Part shown: piece by piece, positions 17,843-27,642 of the stretch
Position numbering within the stretch: position 1 is the stretch's first letter
Layout of the letters: the number at the start of each line of letters is the position of its first letter
DNA from: a virus
Lineage: Duplodnaviria; Caudoviricetes
DNA length: 64,000 bases
Strand: one strand, 5' to 3'
Virus record (IMG/VR): IMGVR_UViG_3300025018_000145
Coordinates: 7,908 to 71,907 of that record
The notes under the pieces: model-generated
What the model was told of the DNA's origin: nothing
The model's database searches: none
Seen by the model: only the letters and a program-made list of their open reading frames with translations
Program-made: the position numbers and the translations under genes

Positions 17843-18351
17843 ACTGTTTCGAATTTATATGACGTGTATGCAAAAGACACCGATGCTGATATTGGTGTTG
17901 CAGCAGTGTCTGCAGTATCCATTTCAATTGATGAAAGCGATATTGGAAATACGTCTGTGAAGTTGATCTTTAGGATTGGATTATTTGCGCTTGATGTAAT
18001 CATTACATATGCATCTGAATATATACCTTGACCAGTATATTTCGGCTTCGTCTCAATTTCACGATATTGATCATACGAATCCGGAAAACCTAATTGTGTT
18101 ATCCATGTATGTAATTCTGCATAATTCGATAGATCTTCGTTCACATTAAACGTCAGATTTAACTCATCATATTCAATATGATCTCCTGCATACGGAATTC
18201 CTTTGAGTGGTGATGGTCTTACAACCTTTGGTAATGACAATCCAGGAATGGTGACCGTACGAATAAAATAATTGATATTTGGTGTTTTCTTAATATGAAA
18301 ACTAAATCTAACTGACGACAACAAATTTCTATTCAATATTGTTTCTGACAT
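17839..18351 (-). CDS. gp3: tail completion/sheath stabiliser gp3
   Basis: NLLSSVRFSFHIKKTPNINYF, YDELNL.F.V.EDL.NY and YSDA. Confidence 0.85.
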   Translation of the reverse strand: MSETILNRNLLSSVRFSFHIKKTPNINYFIRTVTIPGLSLPKVVRPSPLKGIPYAGDHIEYDELNLTFNVNEDLSNYAELHTWITQLGFPDSYDQYREIETKPKYTGQGIYSDAYVMITSSANNPILKINFTDVFPISLSSIEMDTADTAATPISASVSFAYTSYKFETV

Positions 18352-18402
18352 ATTGTATTAACCTCAATCCTATTATTCTATTTATTGGAATCCCTCAGTA
18401 TC

Positions 18403-18431
18403 ATTATACCAAGAATCATGATATATGTCAA
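18403..18431 (-). promoter_or_regulatory. sigma70-type promoter downstream of the gp23 terminator
   Basis: TTGACA-17 bp-TATAAT, a perfect consensus with the same CTATTGACA context as the promoters at 288 and 518. Confidence 0.85.
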
Positions 18432-18443
18432 TAGCCAATATAT

Positions 18444-18468
18444 AAAAAGAGAGGCCCGAAGGCCTCTC
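18444..18468 (-). terminator. gp23 intrinsic terminator (C-UUCG-G tetraloop)
   Basis: Minus strand reads GAGAGGCC-TTCG-GGCCTCTC-TTTTT. Confidence 0.92.
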
Positions 18469-18500
18469 AATGATACTACTTTCATTTTATTATTATCCCA

Positions 18501-19832
18501 TTATAGGATATTAGCAATAACCGTACGACGGTAGTAAACGTTGCTATCTTCAGTCAACGCGCCTGAGCTTGCACCAGAACCGGTGTGGAATGGATTTGCA
18601 ACCATACCATAACGAGTCTTGAATCCAATCTTGGGCTGGAAGGTATCCTGATCAACCGCACGAACCATTTGTAATGGAATGTATGGGCAATAGAATAGAC
18701 CTGCGTCGAAGATGTTCTTACCCTTATAACCAATAGTCATGTAGTTACCGGTTACGTATGGGTCAATGTATACACGATAACGACGGTTCAAGATACCCGC
18801 GAAGGTATTACCTGTGTCGTCGATATCCAACGTGTTACTGTTAAGAGCGGGTGTGTAATCAAGAACACCGGCCATCTGTAGAGCGGACGCAACATCGGAC
18901 GAGCAGATGATGATATTACCCTTACCACGACGAGTTAACTTAGCGATCTTGTTTGCTTCGCGTTCTACGTGGAACATTAATCCCTTGAACTTTTCAACTG
19001 ACCAACGACCGTTGGCATCAACATCGAGGTTGAATAGACCAGGAACTGCAGTTGTACCATCTTGCGAACCAATCTTCGATGTTACATTGATTGTACGAAC
19101 AACTTCGCGGTTAATTTCAGCAAGAATTTCTGCTGCAAGCATGTTTGATAATTCAGCATCAGCATCAAGACCATGAACAGCCTTAAGGTCCTGCGCCATT
19201 TCTAGTGAATAGTCAGCCTTCAATGCACGTGATCCAGCTGTTACACTGATCTTGTCTAGACTGAATGCCATTTCACCAAATGCGACGTTACCGGCCGAAC
19301 CCAACGCTTCTGCCTGTGCAAGAGCCATTGCCTGTGCATAGTTATATACACCGTTTGCCGCAAGATCACCATCAGTGTCTGCGTCAAACGAAGTGCCAAC
19401 ATGCTTAGTACCGATTGTATTGGCACCCGACACAGCAGTTGATTTCTGTGTATCTGCTTCGTTATAAAGTGCTTCAGTGCCAGTCTGAGAATCGTAACGC
19501 GATTTCATTGCAAAGATAAGACCGGTTGGTCCCGTCATTGCCTGAACGCCGCATACATCATACGCGATAAGGTTAGGTAAAGCACGACGAACCAATGAAA
19601 TCAAGATTGGGTCGAAAGTGTCAATATGACCTGCACCCATACTGTTTGTCGGCGCAGCTTCGTTCATCATGTTCTGCTCTACGCCCTGCTGTGCATTATT
19701 ACGTAATGCATTTTCGGTGTTTTCTAATGCAATAGCGGTGATTGTTCTGCGGTGTGATTCAGTGATGTGCGGCAGATCTTTGTGATCAAGAACTGGTGCC
19801 CATTTATTGCGAATCTGTTCAACTAAGTTCAT
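18501..19832 (-). CDS. gp23: major capsid protein gp23
   Basis: FDPILISLVRRALPNLIAYDVCGVQAMTGPTGLIFAM, FYCPYIPLQM and FQPKIGFKTRYG. Confidence 0.99.
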   Translation of the reverse strand: MNLVEQIRNKWAPVLDHKDLPHITESHRRTITAIALENTENALRNNAQQGVEQNMMNEAAPTNSMGAGHIDTFDPILISLVRRALPNLIAYDVCGVQAMTGPTGLIFAMKSRYDSQTGTEALYNEADTQKSTAVSGANTIGTKHVGTSFDADTDGDLAANGVYNYAQAMALAQAEALGSAGNVAFGEMAFSLDKISVTAGSRALKADYSLEMAQDLKAVHGLDADAELSNMLAAEILAEINREVVRTINVTSKIGSQDGTTAVPGLFNLDVDANGRWSVEKFKGLMFHVEREANKIAKLTRRGKGNIIICSSDVASALQMAGVLDYTPALNSNTLDIDDTGNTFAGILNRRYRVYIDPYVTGNYMTIGYKGKNIFDAGLFYCPYIPLQMVRAVDQDTFQPKIGFKTRYGMVANPFHTGSGASSGALTEDSNVYYRRTVIANIL

Positions 19833-19879
19833 AATAGTAAATCTCCTTTATTATTGTTTTATTTATTCAAATGTGATTT

Positions 19880-20911
19880 TTATTTCTTATTTGTTCTAGA
19901 AATAGCAGTCAAATATGAATTCATACTAGGATCGACTCTAACTTCGTTATTAGATTCGTCATTCATACCAACGCAGCCTTCTTCTTGAATCAAACCAGTG
20001 CTACCCTTATCATTATCCTCTTCACCAAAATATTTATTCTTAATGATATTTAAACGTGACTTATATTCGCCGTCATTAGTGAATTCGATATTTTCGGTTA
20101 ATGTCTTAAATTTGTTGATTTGTGTATCTGTTAGATCTTCGCTGATCGATTCAAAAATTGATTCGCGCTGTGCTTCCACAATAAGATTCGATAAACGAAG
20201 ATTTTCCGTTGCAACCGCGTCCAACGATTCAGTTAAAGAAGCAACTTGCTCTTCAAGATCACTAACTAAATCAAGCTTTTCGTCAGGAACATCAACATAA
20301 TGTTCTGCGAACAATTGCTTTAAGCCACTAATGAACTTTTCAGTATGTTCAAGGCGAATATTGTTTTCAATCTGCACAACATTTTCCTCGAGCCACTTAT
20401 TAGCGACATAATCCATGAACGTTGAATTCTGTTCACTAATCTCATCGATTGCTTCAGTAATCTTCTGCTCGAACACGACATCCGAATCTTCTTCAAGCTT
20501 AGTCTGAATTAACGTAACACGATTCGTAACTGCGGCTTCAAACAGATCACCTACGCTTTTCTTAAATTCTTCTGATAGTTCATCACCGTCATCGAATAGC
20601 GTATTAAGATCTTCGCGAACAGAAAAAGGTGTTGATGCTGGAACTGTCGTACCAGATGGGCCCATTGAAATAGAGTCCGCGTTCTTCTTTGAATTGTCGG
20701 GCACCGTTTCATCCTCCTTACCAACCTGATCGAGGACTGATTTTAGGAATCCTGACAGATCTTCACGATTCATTCCAGCCGTTGCTCTTAACATCTGTGC
20801 AAGCATTTCAGTCTTCGTAGCATTTTTGGGTACTAATGACTGCGCTGCTACTGTTCCTTCATCGACCTGATTTGTATCATTTTCTGATACAGAACCGTTA
20901 TTATTTTTCAT
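19880..20911 (-). CDS. gp22: prohead core scaffold gp22
   Basis: LSEEFK...FEAAV, YV.NKWLEEN and GLKQLFAEHYVDVPDEK. Confidence 0.93.
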   Translation of the reverse strand: MKNNNGSVSENDTNQVDEGTVAAQSLVPKNATKTEMLAQMLRATAGMNREDLSGFLKSVLDQVGKEDETVPDNSKKNADSISMGPSGTTVPASTPFSVREDLNTLFDDGDELSEEFKKSVGDLFEAAVTNRVTLIQTKLEEDSDVVFEQKITEAIDEISEQNSTFMDYVANKWLEENVVQIENNIRLEHTEKFISGLKQLFAEHYVDVPDEKLDLVSDLEEQVASLTESLDAVATENLRLSNLIVEAQRESIFESISEDLTDTQINKFKTLTENIEFTNDGEYKSRLNIIKNKYFGEEDNDKGSTGLIQEEGCVGMNDESNNEVRVDPSMNSYLTAISRTNKK

Positions 20912-20935
20912 TGTGATACTCCTTATGATATATCT

Positions 20936-20947
20936 TATTTATAAATA
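20936..20947. promoter_or_regulatory. T4-type late promoter (palindromic TATTTATAAATA)
   Basis: TATAAATA on both strands, upstream of gp22. Confidence 0.8.
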
Positions 20948-20955
20948 TATTTTTT

Positions 20956-21612
20956 TTAAAATGAATCGAGATATCTCTTAAACAACTCAACTCTTTTCTG
21001 TTCATTTAGTTTGCGTGTTCGAGATGCTTTATTGATTTCTTCGCGAATTTCTTCCGCGGTTTTTTGTACCCATGCGCCATGCGCCCAGATATATTCAACC
21101 CCTTCCATGATGCCATTCACAAACGCCGCCGGTGCAGATGGATCAGCTACGATATCCGCCGCTGTGGCTAACCAGAAGTCGCTTTGTACTTCCATGACAC
21201 CGTTCTTATTCTCTTTAAGAGAACCCATACCACGTGAAGATACACCAAGCGAGCCGCCGTCTTCAATCAAGCCACGAACAACTGGACCCATACCAGATGA
21301 GCCAATCAGTGCCTTACCGATAAAGTTATTGCCGTCTTGTTTCAATTCAACAATGCGATGCGATACACGATCCAGATTAATACTCGGTCCGTTTGGGTGT
21401 CCTAGTTCGCCCCATGCGCAATTACGATTCACCTTTTCATTGATATATCGATTTACTTCGCGAGCTAAAACATCAGTATTGTATACCCGCCCATTTTTGT
21501 TCTCGATATTACCCTGAAGGAATATTCCTTCAATGTACATATTTTTCTTGCCGCCGTCTTTTTCTTCTGTTATGATTTTAACATTTTCGACGGTTTCAGT
21601 AATAAGTTTCAT
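20956..21612 (-). CDS. gp21: prohead protease gp21
   Basis: MKLITE, NKNGRVY, GELGHP, GVSSRGMGS and DIVADPSAP. Confidence 0.98.
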   Translation of the reverse strand: MKLITETVENVKIITEEKDGGKKNMYIEGIFLQGNIENKNGRVYNTDVLAREVNRYINEKVNRNCAWGELGHPNGPSINLDRVSHRIVELKQDGNNFIGKALIGSSGMGPVVRGLIEDGGSLGVSSRGMGSLKENKNGVMEVQSDFWLATAADIVADPSAPAAFVNGIMEGVEYIWAHGAWVQKTAEEIREEINKASRTRKLNEQKRVELFKRYLDSF

Positions 21613-21621
21613 TGATGTTCC

Positions 21622-21933
21622 TTATTCTGTTGCTGAATGAAAGCTCGCGTTCTTCATTATATTCTGAAGACCCGCAACTTGATTCGGTGTAAAGCTCTTG
21701 TTCTTTTCATAAAAATCAATAAGACCTTTACCAAATGATTTTGCTTTCTCGTCTTTGTCATTATCATACAATCGCTTTGCAGCTGAAAGCACTTCGGCGT
21801 CGGTCATTTTTGCCTCAGACAAACCAAAACGTTTAAGCGTTTCCTTTTCGCTGAGATTATTGTTTTCGTTGTATATATTCTTAATCGTCGAATATACATC
21901 AACATATTTGTCTTTATTCGTAAATGCGTCCAT
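21622..21933 (-). CDS. hypothetical protein, possible internal head protein
   Basis: Located in the head cluster; LSE motifs resemble gp21 cleavage sites. Confidence 0.55.
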   Translation of the reverse strand: MDAFTNKDKYVDVYSTIKNIYNENNNLSEKETLKRFGLSEAKMTDAEVLSAAKRLYDNDKDEKAKSFGKGLIDFYEKNKSFTPNQVAGLQNIMKNASFHSATE

Positions 21934-21960
21934 GATTATTTCCTTTTTTTATATTTATCA

Positions 21961-23748
21961 TTATACTAATTTATTCATTTCGCGAATATCTGTTATACCA
22001 TCGTTAAATATATATTTAAACTTAAGTTTGTTTTCATCGAGCTCATCTACATATATGTCGGCAATACCAACGGGCTCAATGTCAATTGAACTACGAATTA
22101 ATCCCTGGCCACCAGTAACGCGATATATCGTCATATTACTCAGTTTACCAGTAAGCATATACCATATTTTATTATTGAATTCGCTTAATAACCAATAAGA
22201 TAATGCATGAACTTCTGTGTGTTCATCATTTAAACTTAATGTTAAACCCTCCCCATTGCCAATACTATAATAACCAGCGAGTTCGTGCGGTGTTGACGTA
22301 AATATGTGTTCAAGTGGAACCGCAAATCGTTCACCGTGATTAAATTCACCACGCATCATACCACGATCATGATTATACCAAAATATGTTAACCTGTCCTA
22401 CGCTTGAAACTCGTCCATAACGATCCGCCGTCATAATTAAACCAGTTGCATTTTTACTGTTTTCGTCTAAATCACAAACGGCCCAATACCACTCATGCTT
22501 ATTTCTTTCGCGCCGATTCCATGTTAACCAGTGTATAATCAATTGGTTTTTATCGTTTAAACAGACATGCACTCCTTGTGCACTCCACTTATGATAGTCC
22601 CATTGGCCGAGAACCCAATCGCCGATTGTTGGATTTAAATTATCCGCGGTCGACCATTGTGGTTGTTGTGCAGTAACAGCCTGGCGTGATGTTTGATTAC
22701 GAACAATCACTTTGGCACCCGATGAATTAAGATGAACAACTTTGATGTATACACCGGCGAATGTACTTTCTAGGTTACTTGCACGAAATGTCCACAATAA
22801 TCGAGTACGTAGCCAATGTGTAGCCATATTATACCCAGGCGCATGAACACGAACTGTGCCATTATAAAATGAAACCATAATTCGTCGTGTCATTCCAGTA
22901 TCGGCTACATAACACAACACTGCTTTATTTTCGCCCAACTTTAGTGCAAGCGGATTAATACTGCCTTTGACCAACCAAGTTTCAGCTGATTCACCCGGGG
23001 TAAGTTCAAGTACATTATTCTCTTCGATCATATTCGCTTGGTATAAGTGTGGTGTATTATAGTCGCTATTCGGCCCATGTACACCTACACTCATTATTGT
23101 GTCACTCTCGCCATATTGCTGTGTACCTACTCCTGAGTGCTCAATCGCCATAAGTGAATGTCCGATTGTTTCATGGTAATGTGTTTTGTTTGGAACACAT
23201 GCTCTTTTTGAATAACTCAGTGTTCCACCAATATCAGCCTTACCACAACCACTGCCACCATGACTGATACATGTTGTATGTGTAAACGATACATCGGGAT
23301 AGCGAGTGCGAATCGCTTGCATCAAGTCACCCCAGTTCGTTGAAAAATAACCATTAGCGCTGTCGTGATATGCTGCACCATACGCCGCAACATCCCAACG
23401 ATCACCACCAATTCTACGAGCTTCATTTTCAAGTTGGTGCGCGTATCGTTCAGCGATCTCATGATTTAATCTGGTACATGCATCAAATACACAACCAACC
23501 GCGATACGAATTCGTCGTACTTCATGTTCTTTTAAATCAGTGAAGTCATATTGCCAATCAATGAGATTGCCCTGAATGATCAGTGCTTCAATGGTTTTTC
23601 CTAATTCCGGTAATGTAATGTTAGGTGTTGACAATGTATACACAGTATCAACATCATGAAACTCAAATTGTCCATCACTTGAATCGACTAGCAGTTTACC
23701 ACGATATATGCTCATATTATATTCTCTGTTCGTTTTATAACGCAACAT
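21961..23748 (-). CDS. M11 (gametolysin)/M6-like metallopeptidase domain plus two C-terminal beta-rich repeats
   Basis: CG.ADIGG...HETIGHSLMAIEHS...QYGESDTIMS...NTPH resembles the M11 pattern HExGHxxGLxHA...EYGD...MG. Start may be MSIYRG. Confidence 0.55.
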   Translation of the reverse strand: MLRYKTNREYNMSIYRGKLLVDSSDGQFEFHDVDTVYTLSTPNITLPELGKTIEALIIQGNLIDWQYDFTDLKEHEVRRIRIAVGCVFDACTRLNHEIAERYAHQLENEARRIGGDRWDVAAYGAAYHDSANGYFSTNWGDLMQAIRTRYPDVSFTHTTCISHGGSGCGKADIGGTLSYSKRACVPNKTHYHETIGHSLMAIEHSGVGTQQYGESDTIMSVGVHGPNSDYNTPHLYQANMIEENNVLELTPGESAETWLVKGSINPLALKLGENKAVLCYVADTGMTRRIMVSFYNGTVRVHAPGYNMATHWLRTRLLWTFRASNLESTFAGVYIKVVHLNSSGAKVIVRNQTSRQAVTAQQPQWSTADNLNPTIGDWVLGQWDYHKWSAQGVHVCLNDKNQLIIHWLTWNRRERNKHEWYWAVCDLDENSKNATGLIMTADRYGRVSSVGQVNIFWYNHDRGMMRGEFNHGERFAVPLEHIFTSTPHELAGYYSIGNGEGLTLSLNDEHTEVHALSYWLLSEFNNKIWYMLTGKLSNMTIYRVTGGQGLIRSSIDIEPVGIADIYVDELDENKLKFKYIFNDGITDIREMNKLV

Positions 23749-23832
23749 TGCTGGGGTGTATGACCCATTAACTTGCCACCGACATTCATAGATTGTGTGT
23801 AAATGAAATTAAACCGAATGTTTAAAATCTTA

Positions 23833-24114
23833 TCATATACCATCAGTCTCGACGACGATTGCGCCAGTCTTACTAATTGTTCGAGCGAATACGTAGTTTG
23901 GTGTTGCTTTATATGTCAGATCAGTGCATGTTCGTTTTAACTCGCCCTGAAGTGGACCATACACAACACCAACGTCTTCAGATGGTGCAGTATTACTTGA
24001 ATTGAAATTAATATATACAGCAAACTGGCCAACATTCTTAAATGTTATTGATGTGACGGCATCACCAATTAGTGTCCATTCCGTATCATCAATATGTATT
24101 TTTTCAAAAGACAT
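23833..24114 (-). CDS. small beta-rich hypothetical virion protein
   Basis: 93-aa ORF with a GAGGA SD, in the head cluster. Confidence 0.65.
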   Translation of the reverse strand: MSFEKIHIDDTEWTLIGDAVTSITFKNVGQFAVYINFNSSNTAPSEDVGVVYGPLQGELKRTCTDLTYKATPNYVFARTISKTGAIVVETDGI

Positions 24115-24117
24115 ATA

Positions 24118-24285
24118 CTATTCCTCATAAGTAGCGTCAAATACAGCATTGGATGCTCTTGACGATTCGTTTAACCATGATTCATCGTGTAACAATTTAA
24201 CTAGGGATTCTTTAATCGTGTTAGTGTCTACTTTTCCCAGATTTTAGTCCTTTGTTACTTTGCGAATTAACTTTTTCGCGATCAT
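24118..24285 (-). pseudogene. 55-codon frame interrupted by one in-frame TAA
   Basis: ATGA overlap with the upstream stop. Reads MIAKKLIRKVTKD*NLGKVDTNTIKESLVKLLHDESWLNESSRASNAVFDATYEE* and exactly fills the gap. Confidence 0.35.
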
Positions 24286-25016
24286 CCATGCGTGTCTCTC
24301 TTTTTTGATGAAGCATTCGCCAAATTCAGATCTGTTTTTTTCGTATTGTTATCTGGATAATCCCGCTTACCATTTAGTTGTTGTTTTCCTTCTTCATCAT
24401 CGTCATCGTCATAATTGTCATCGTCATAATTGTCTTCCGCGAACAATGTTTCGATCATTTCAAGATATCCATCTGGTTCCGAAAACATCTCCACGACGAT
24501 TGCGCGTTCCTCTTCATTCAATTCATCGATCGTTTCTGCAATTGCTTCATCGATCATATTAATGATTGAAAAGTTTTTCTTAATCTTTATATGTTTTGAC
24601 GGCCCGCTATGGTTATCCCAATATCCTTCGTCGACTGGCCGTATTACATTTAGATTCGTATTTTTCTCAACAGATACTTTACCGTCATCCCATTCAACAT
24701 TAGACATATCTTGGTCGTTAGGATAGGGCGAGGCTGTCCCGAATTTGGGTTTACCCATCGAACCATTTTTAGTGACGCGCGCTTTGCGGGTGATACGTTC
24801 AGCTTCATAAACTGAACCGTCTTCACCAGGATCATAACCATGCCGATTCTTTTTGCGATCATATTTCTTTGTCTCTTTCGCTGCTTTATCAATTGAATCT
24901 GCACCGGGAGCATCCGTTACTTCTACATTATCGATATGTTTATCGACGAAGCCTTTTTCAGAACTTGTCTTCGCTTTCTTGTATCGATCAATGATACTTG
25001 ATATCTCGGTTTTCAT
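24282..25016 (-). CDS. acidic prohead core/internal protein (gp68-position)
   Basis: Highly charged and Asp-rich; lies between the portal and protease genes. Confidence 0.6.
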   Translation of the reverse strand: MKTEISSIIDRYKKAKTSSEKGFVDKHIDNVEVTDAPGADSIDKAAKETKKYDRKKNRHGYDPGEDGSVYEAERITRKARVTKNGSMGKPKFGTASPYPNDQDMSNVEWDDGKVSVEKNTNLNVIRPVDEGYWDNHSGPSKHIKIKKNFSIINMIDEAIAETIDELNEEERAIVVEMFSEPDGYLEMIETLFAEDNYDDDNYDDDDDEEGKQQLNGKRDYPDNNTKKTDLNLANASSKKRDTHG

Positions 25017-25372
25017 TATTCATAATCCTCGTTTGAATTATCATCTTTAATCATACCGCGCAATTTATCCTCATCGGCTTTACATAGATCGTATTTCTTA
25101 ACAGCGTCCGCAACTGTTCCATTTGCGCTTTGCTTAATCCATTCGGCTGCGGCTTTAACGGTATTTGGTAATTTGCATTCCTTTCCTACGTGATTACTTG
25201 TTACTGCTTCGGTAACTTCGCCATTGAATAAACTATCACGAATTGCATCGCTCTTAACACCCAATATATCAGCAACACGATCATTCATTTCGCTCGAAAA
25301 CGAATCAAATGCAGACATTGGTCTTTCCTCAATCGCTGCTTGAATGAAGTCGATTATGTTAGTAGACGTCAT
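25016..25372 (-). CDS. prohead core protein (gp67-position)
   Basis: Directly downstream of the portal; N-terminal IIDFIQAAIEERPMSAFDSFSSEMNDRV helix is typical of this position. Confidence 0.6.
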   Translation of the reverse strand: MTSTNIIDFIQAAIEERPMSAFDSFSSEMNDRVADILGVKSDAIRDSLFNGEVTEAVTSNHVGKECKLPNTVKAAAEWIKQSANGTVADAVKKYDLCKADEDKLRGMIKDDNSNEDYE

Positions 25373-25382
25373 ATATTATCTC

Positions 25383-27023
25383 CTATTCTATATTCTTATT
25401 TATTTTTTCTTTTGGTGACAATTTCGCTAGTTTTTCATTGTCAGTACTACGATGTGGTGATTCCGTATCCGACGAATCGGTTTTTAGACCAAACTCCTCC
25501 ATATCATGTTCAGAATATCGATCGTCGGTCTTTTCTTTAACAATCGCCTCGTCATTGATTTTGATTTCTTCATCGGTCTGATGTAATATGTTACGACGAA
25601 CGAAACCATGCGAATAATATTTACCAACATATTCATCAATATCACGTAAAATACTCAAACGGTCACGCAATATTTCCATGTTCTTTAGTTCATGGAAGTA
25701 GTTATCGACTGGGTAGTCATATTTTATTTTCTTTCGCCAATCACACCACTCAGCTGATGTGCATATACCTTTTAGCAGTAATTGTCGCTCGAGTAGTTTA
25801 GTAAATAGTTCGGAGAATTTCTTTCGTATACGAATAATGAATTTCGCAAATTTAACTTCGTCACGTGATATTTCAGTTGCTCGCCCAAATGAGAACGCGG
25901 CATCTGATTGTAGACGAGACACAGGTACGTTAAGAGATTCGTATAAAAGCTTCTGAAAGTATAATACGTCGTCCATTTCGCCCAAATTCTGGCCGCCTGG
26001 TAGAGTTGATACCTCGGTTCCACGACTTCCCTCGCGTCTCGGCAACCAATAATCCTCGAGCATTGTCATGAATTTACGATCGTCTCGTATTTCACCTGTC
26101 TCCGAGTCATATACAGTTTTATTCTTAAAGCGAATCATCAAATCGCGCAGATACTGTTCAGCCTTTGCTTTAGGCAAACCACCGACGTCAACATAAAAGA
26201 GTCGACGTTCTGGTGCGCGCGAGATGCGATAGATGACGAGAGAATTCTCCATTGAACGCAAATTATTCAATGGACGAATTGCTTTATTAAGATATGATAG
26301 AATTAAATTGTTATCAGGATTTAAGTATCCACTTGTCGTGTATACGACAGAGTCCTTCGATATTTTAACACCCGAACCAGATGCACCAACATCGACCGCA
26401 GAACCATAATTCGAGTATGAACCAGCTTTCTTTACGAAGCTCGATTTATTATATATGTAGTACTCGTCGACCAATTTTTCGATTTCAACACCGTTGTTGG
26501 TTCGAGTTCTCTCAATTTCGCGAATTTTCTTAATTTGACGTGGGTCGATATATCTTAACTGCTTTATACCAGCTTTAGGATTGTTATCGTCTATGATTGC
26601 ATGATAATATAGTCGTCCATCTACATACCAACGACGAAATATTTCATAGCTTAGAAAATCGAATTCCAATAAACCCTTTACGTTATCAAATTCTTCACGA
26701 ATCTTATTCTTAATTGATTCTGATGTATCAAGTTTATCTAAGTCGATTGTAACACTTTCGTCGTCTTCATCTTCAACGATAGTTTCATTTGTGATTTCAG
26801 TAATTGCTAAATCGATAATTGGGTCCATGGCCATTGTTCGGTATTTTGTGACTAATTCTGCTTCAGTACGTATCGACCCATCAAGATCCACATAAGTACC
26901 GTATGTTCCACCAGCAGAAACTACAACAGCCCCATCGTCATTCGACGGTTGGACGAACGAATCTAATACTTTATCGTTATCTTTTTCTTTTCGTTTAATA
27001 ACGAAACCGAATAAACTTGCCAT
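25383..27023 (-). CDS. gp20: portal protein gp20
   Basis: FRRWYVDGRLYYH, YRISRAPERR.FY.DVG.LPK.KAEQY and MLEDYWLPRREG.RGTE..TLPGGQNLGE. Confidence 0.99.
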   Translation of the reverse strand: MASLFGFVIKRKEKDNDKVLDSFVQPSNDDGAVVVSAGGTYGTYVDLDGSIRTEAELVTKYRTMAMDPIIDLAITEITNETIVEDEDDESVTIDLDKLDTSESIKNKIREEFDNVKGLLEFDFLSYEIFRRWYVDGRLYYHAIIDDNNPKAGIKQLRYIDPRQIKKIREIERTRTNNGVEIEKLVDEYYIYNKSSFVKKAGSYSNYGSAVDVGASGSGVKISKDSVVYTTSGYLNPDNNLILSYLNKAIRPLNNLRSMENSLVIYRISRAPERRLFYVDVGGLPKAKAEQYLRDLMIRFKNKTVYDSETGEIRDDRKFMTMLEDYWLPRREGSRGTEVSTLPGGQNLGEMDDVLYFQKLLYESLNVPVSRLQSDAAFSFGRATEISRDEVKFAKFIIRIRKKFSELFTKLLERQLLLKGICTSAEWCDWRKKIKYDYPVDNYFHELKNMEILRDRLSILRDIDEYVGKYYSHGFVRRNILHQTDEEIKINDEAIVKEKTDDRYSEHDMEEFGLKTDSSDTESPHRSTDNEKLAKLSPKEKINKNIE

Positions 27024-27043
27024 ATTATCACTGCTCCAATGAA

Positions 27044-27072
27044 GAAGGGTCCATAATATTTATGGACCCTTC
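27044..27072 (-). terminator. hairpin after gp19 with an embedded late-promoter-like CATAAATA
   Basis: 12-bp perfect stem GAAGGGTCCATA/TATGGACCCTTC; weak U tail. Confidence 0.65.
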
Positions 27073-27092
27073 CTAAACGTCATAAACAAATA

Positions 27093-27596
27093 TTAACCAC
27101 CTTCATTCATAAAATCGAAGGCCCACGTTACTGTATATGTACCAATTGTATCGGTCGTGTTCCAATCAAGCTCGATTGCACCGATATCTGAAGGCCAAGC
27201 ACCTACTAAACGATATGATCGAATAACAGCGCCACCCTTTCCATATAGTAACACTTCAGCTTCTTCTTTATATTCTTCATTCAGTCGATTCCGAGTATTG
27301 GTATCGCCACGATTAATATCCATACTCCAACGCTCTAGTTCACTACGAACGCTAAAGTCTTCCTCAATCATAACCGTCGTTGTCCATTCCGCATATGTAC
27401 GATCGCCTGCTAATTTAATCTTGCGTCCGAAGTACGGAACTTCGATCACACCCATTGTCATGGCAGGAACCTGTGATGATTGACATAGGAAACTTAAATC
27501 TTGTCCTAAACCAGTAATACGAACTTCAAACAACGTAGGACGATATCCGCCTCGGCCGAGTGCTCTTGATTTGAAATCTGTTACGCTAAAAGCCAT
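27093..27596 (-). CDS. gp19: tail tube protein gp19
   Basis: GGYRPTLFEV, PYFGRKIKLAGDRTYAEWT and WPSDIGAIELDW. Confidence 0.97.
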   Translation of the reverse strand: MAFSVTDFKSRALGRGGYRPTLFEVRITGLGQDLSFLCQSSQVPAMTMGVIEVPYFGRKIKLAGDRTYAEWTTTVMIEEDFSVRSELERWSMDINRGDTNTRNRLNEEYKEEAEVLLYGKGGAVIRSYRLVGAWPSDIGAIELDWNTTDTIGTYTVTWAFDFMNEGG

Positions 27597-27642
27597 TTTC
27601 TTCTCCTTAATTTATAAATTATTTATCGGTTTATACGTAACT

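Noticed and set aside
21011-21517. 168-aa + strand ORF
   Set aside because: It is an antisense shadow of gp21, with no SD, promoter or motif. The same applies to the many short opposite-strand ORFs over gp18, gp23, VrlC, gp6 and gp7.
24400-24435. Short tandem GTCATCGTCATAATT repeats
   Set aside because: They simply encode an Asp-rich low-complexity tract (DDNYDDDNYDDDDD).
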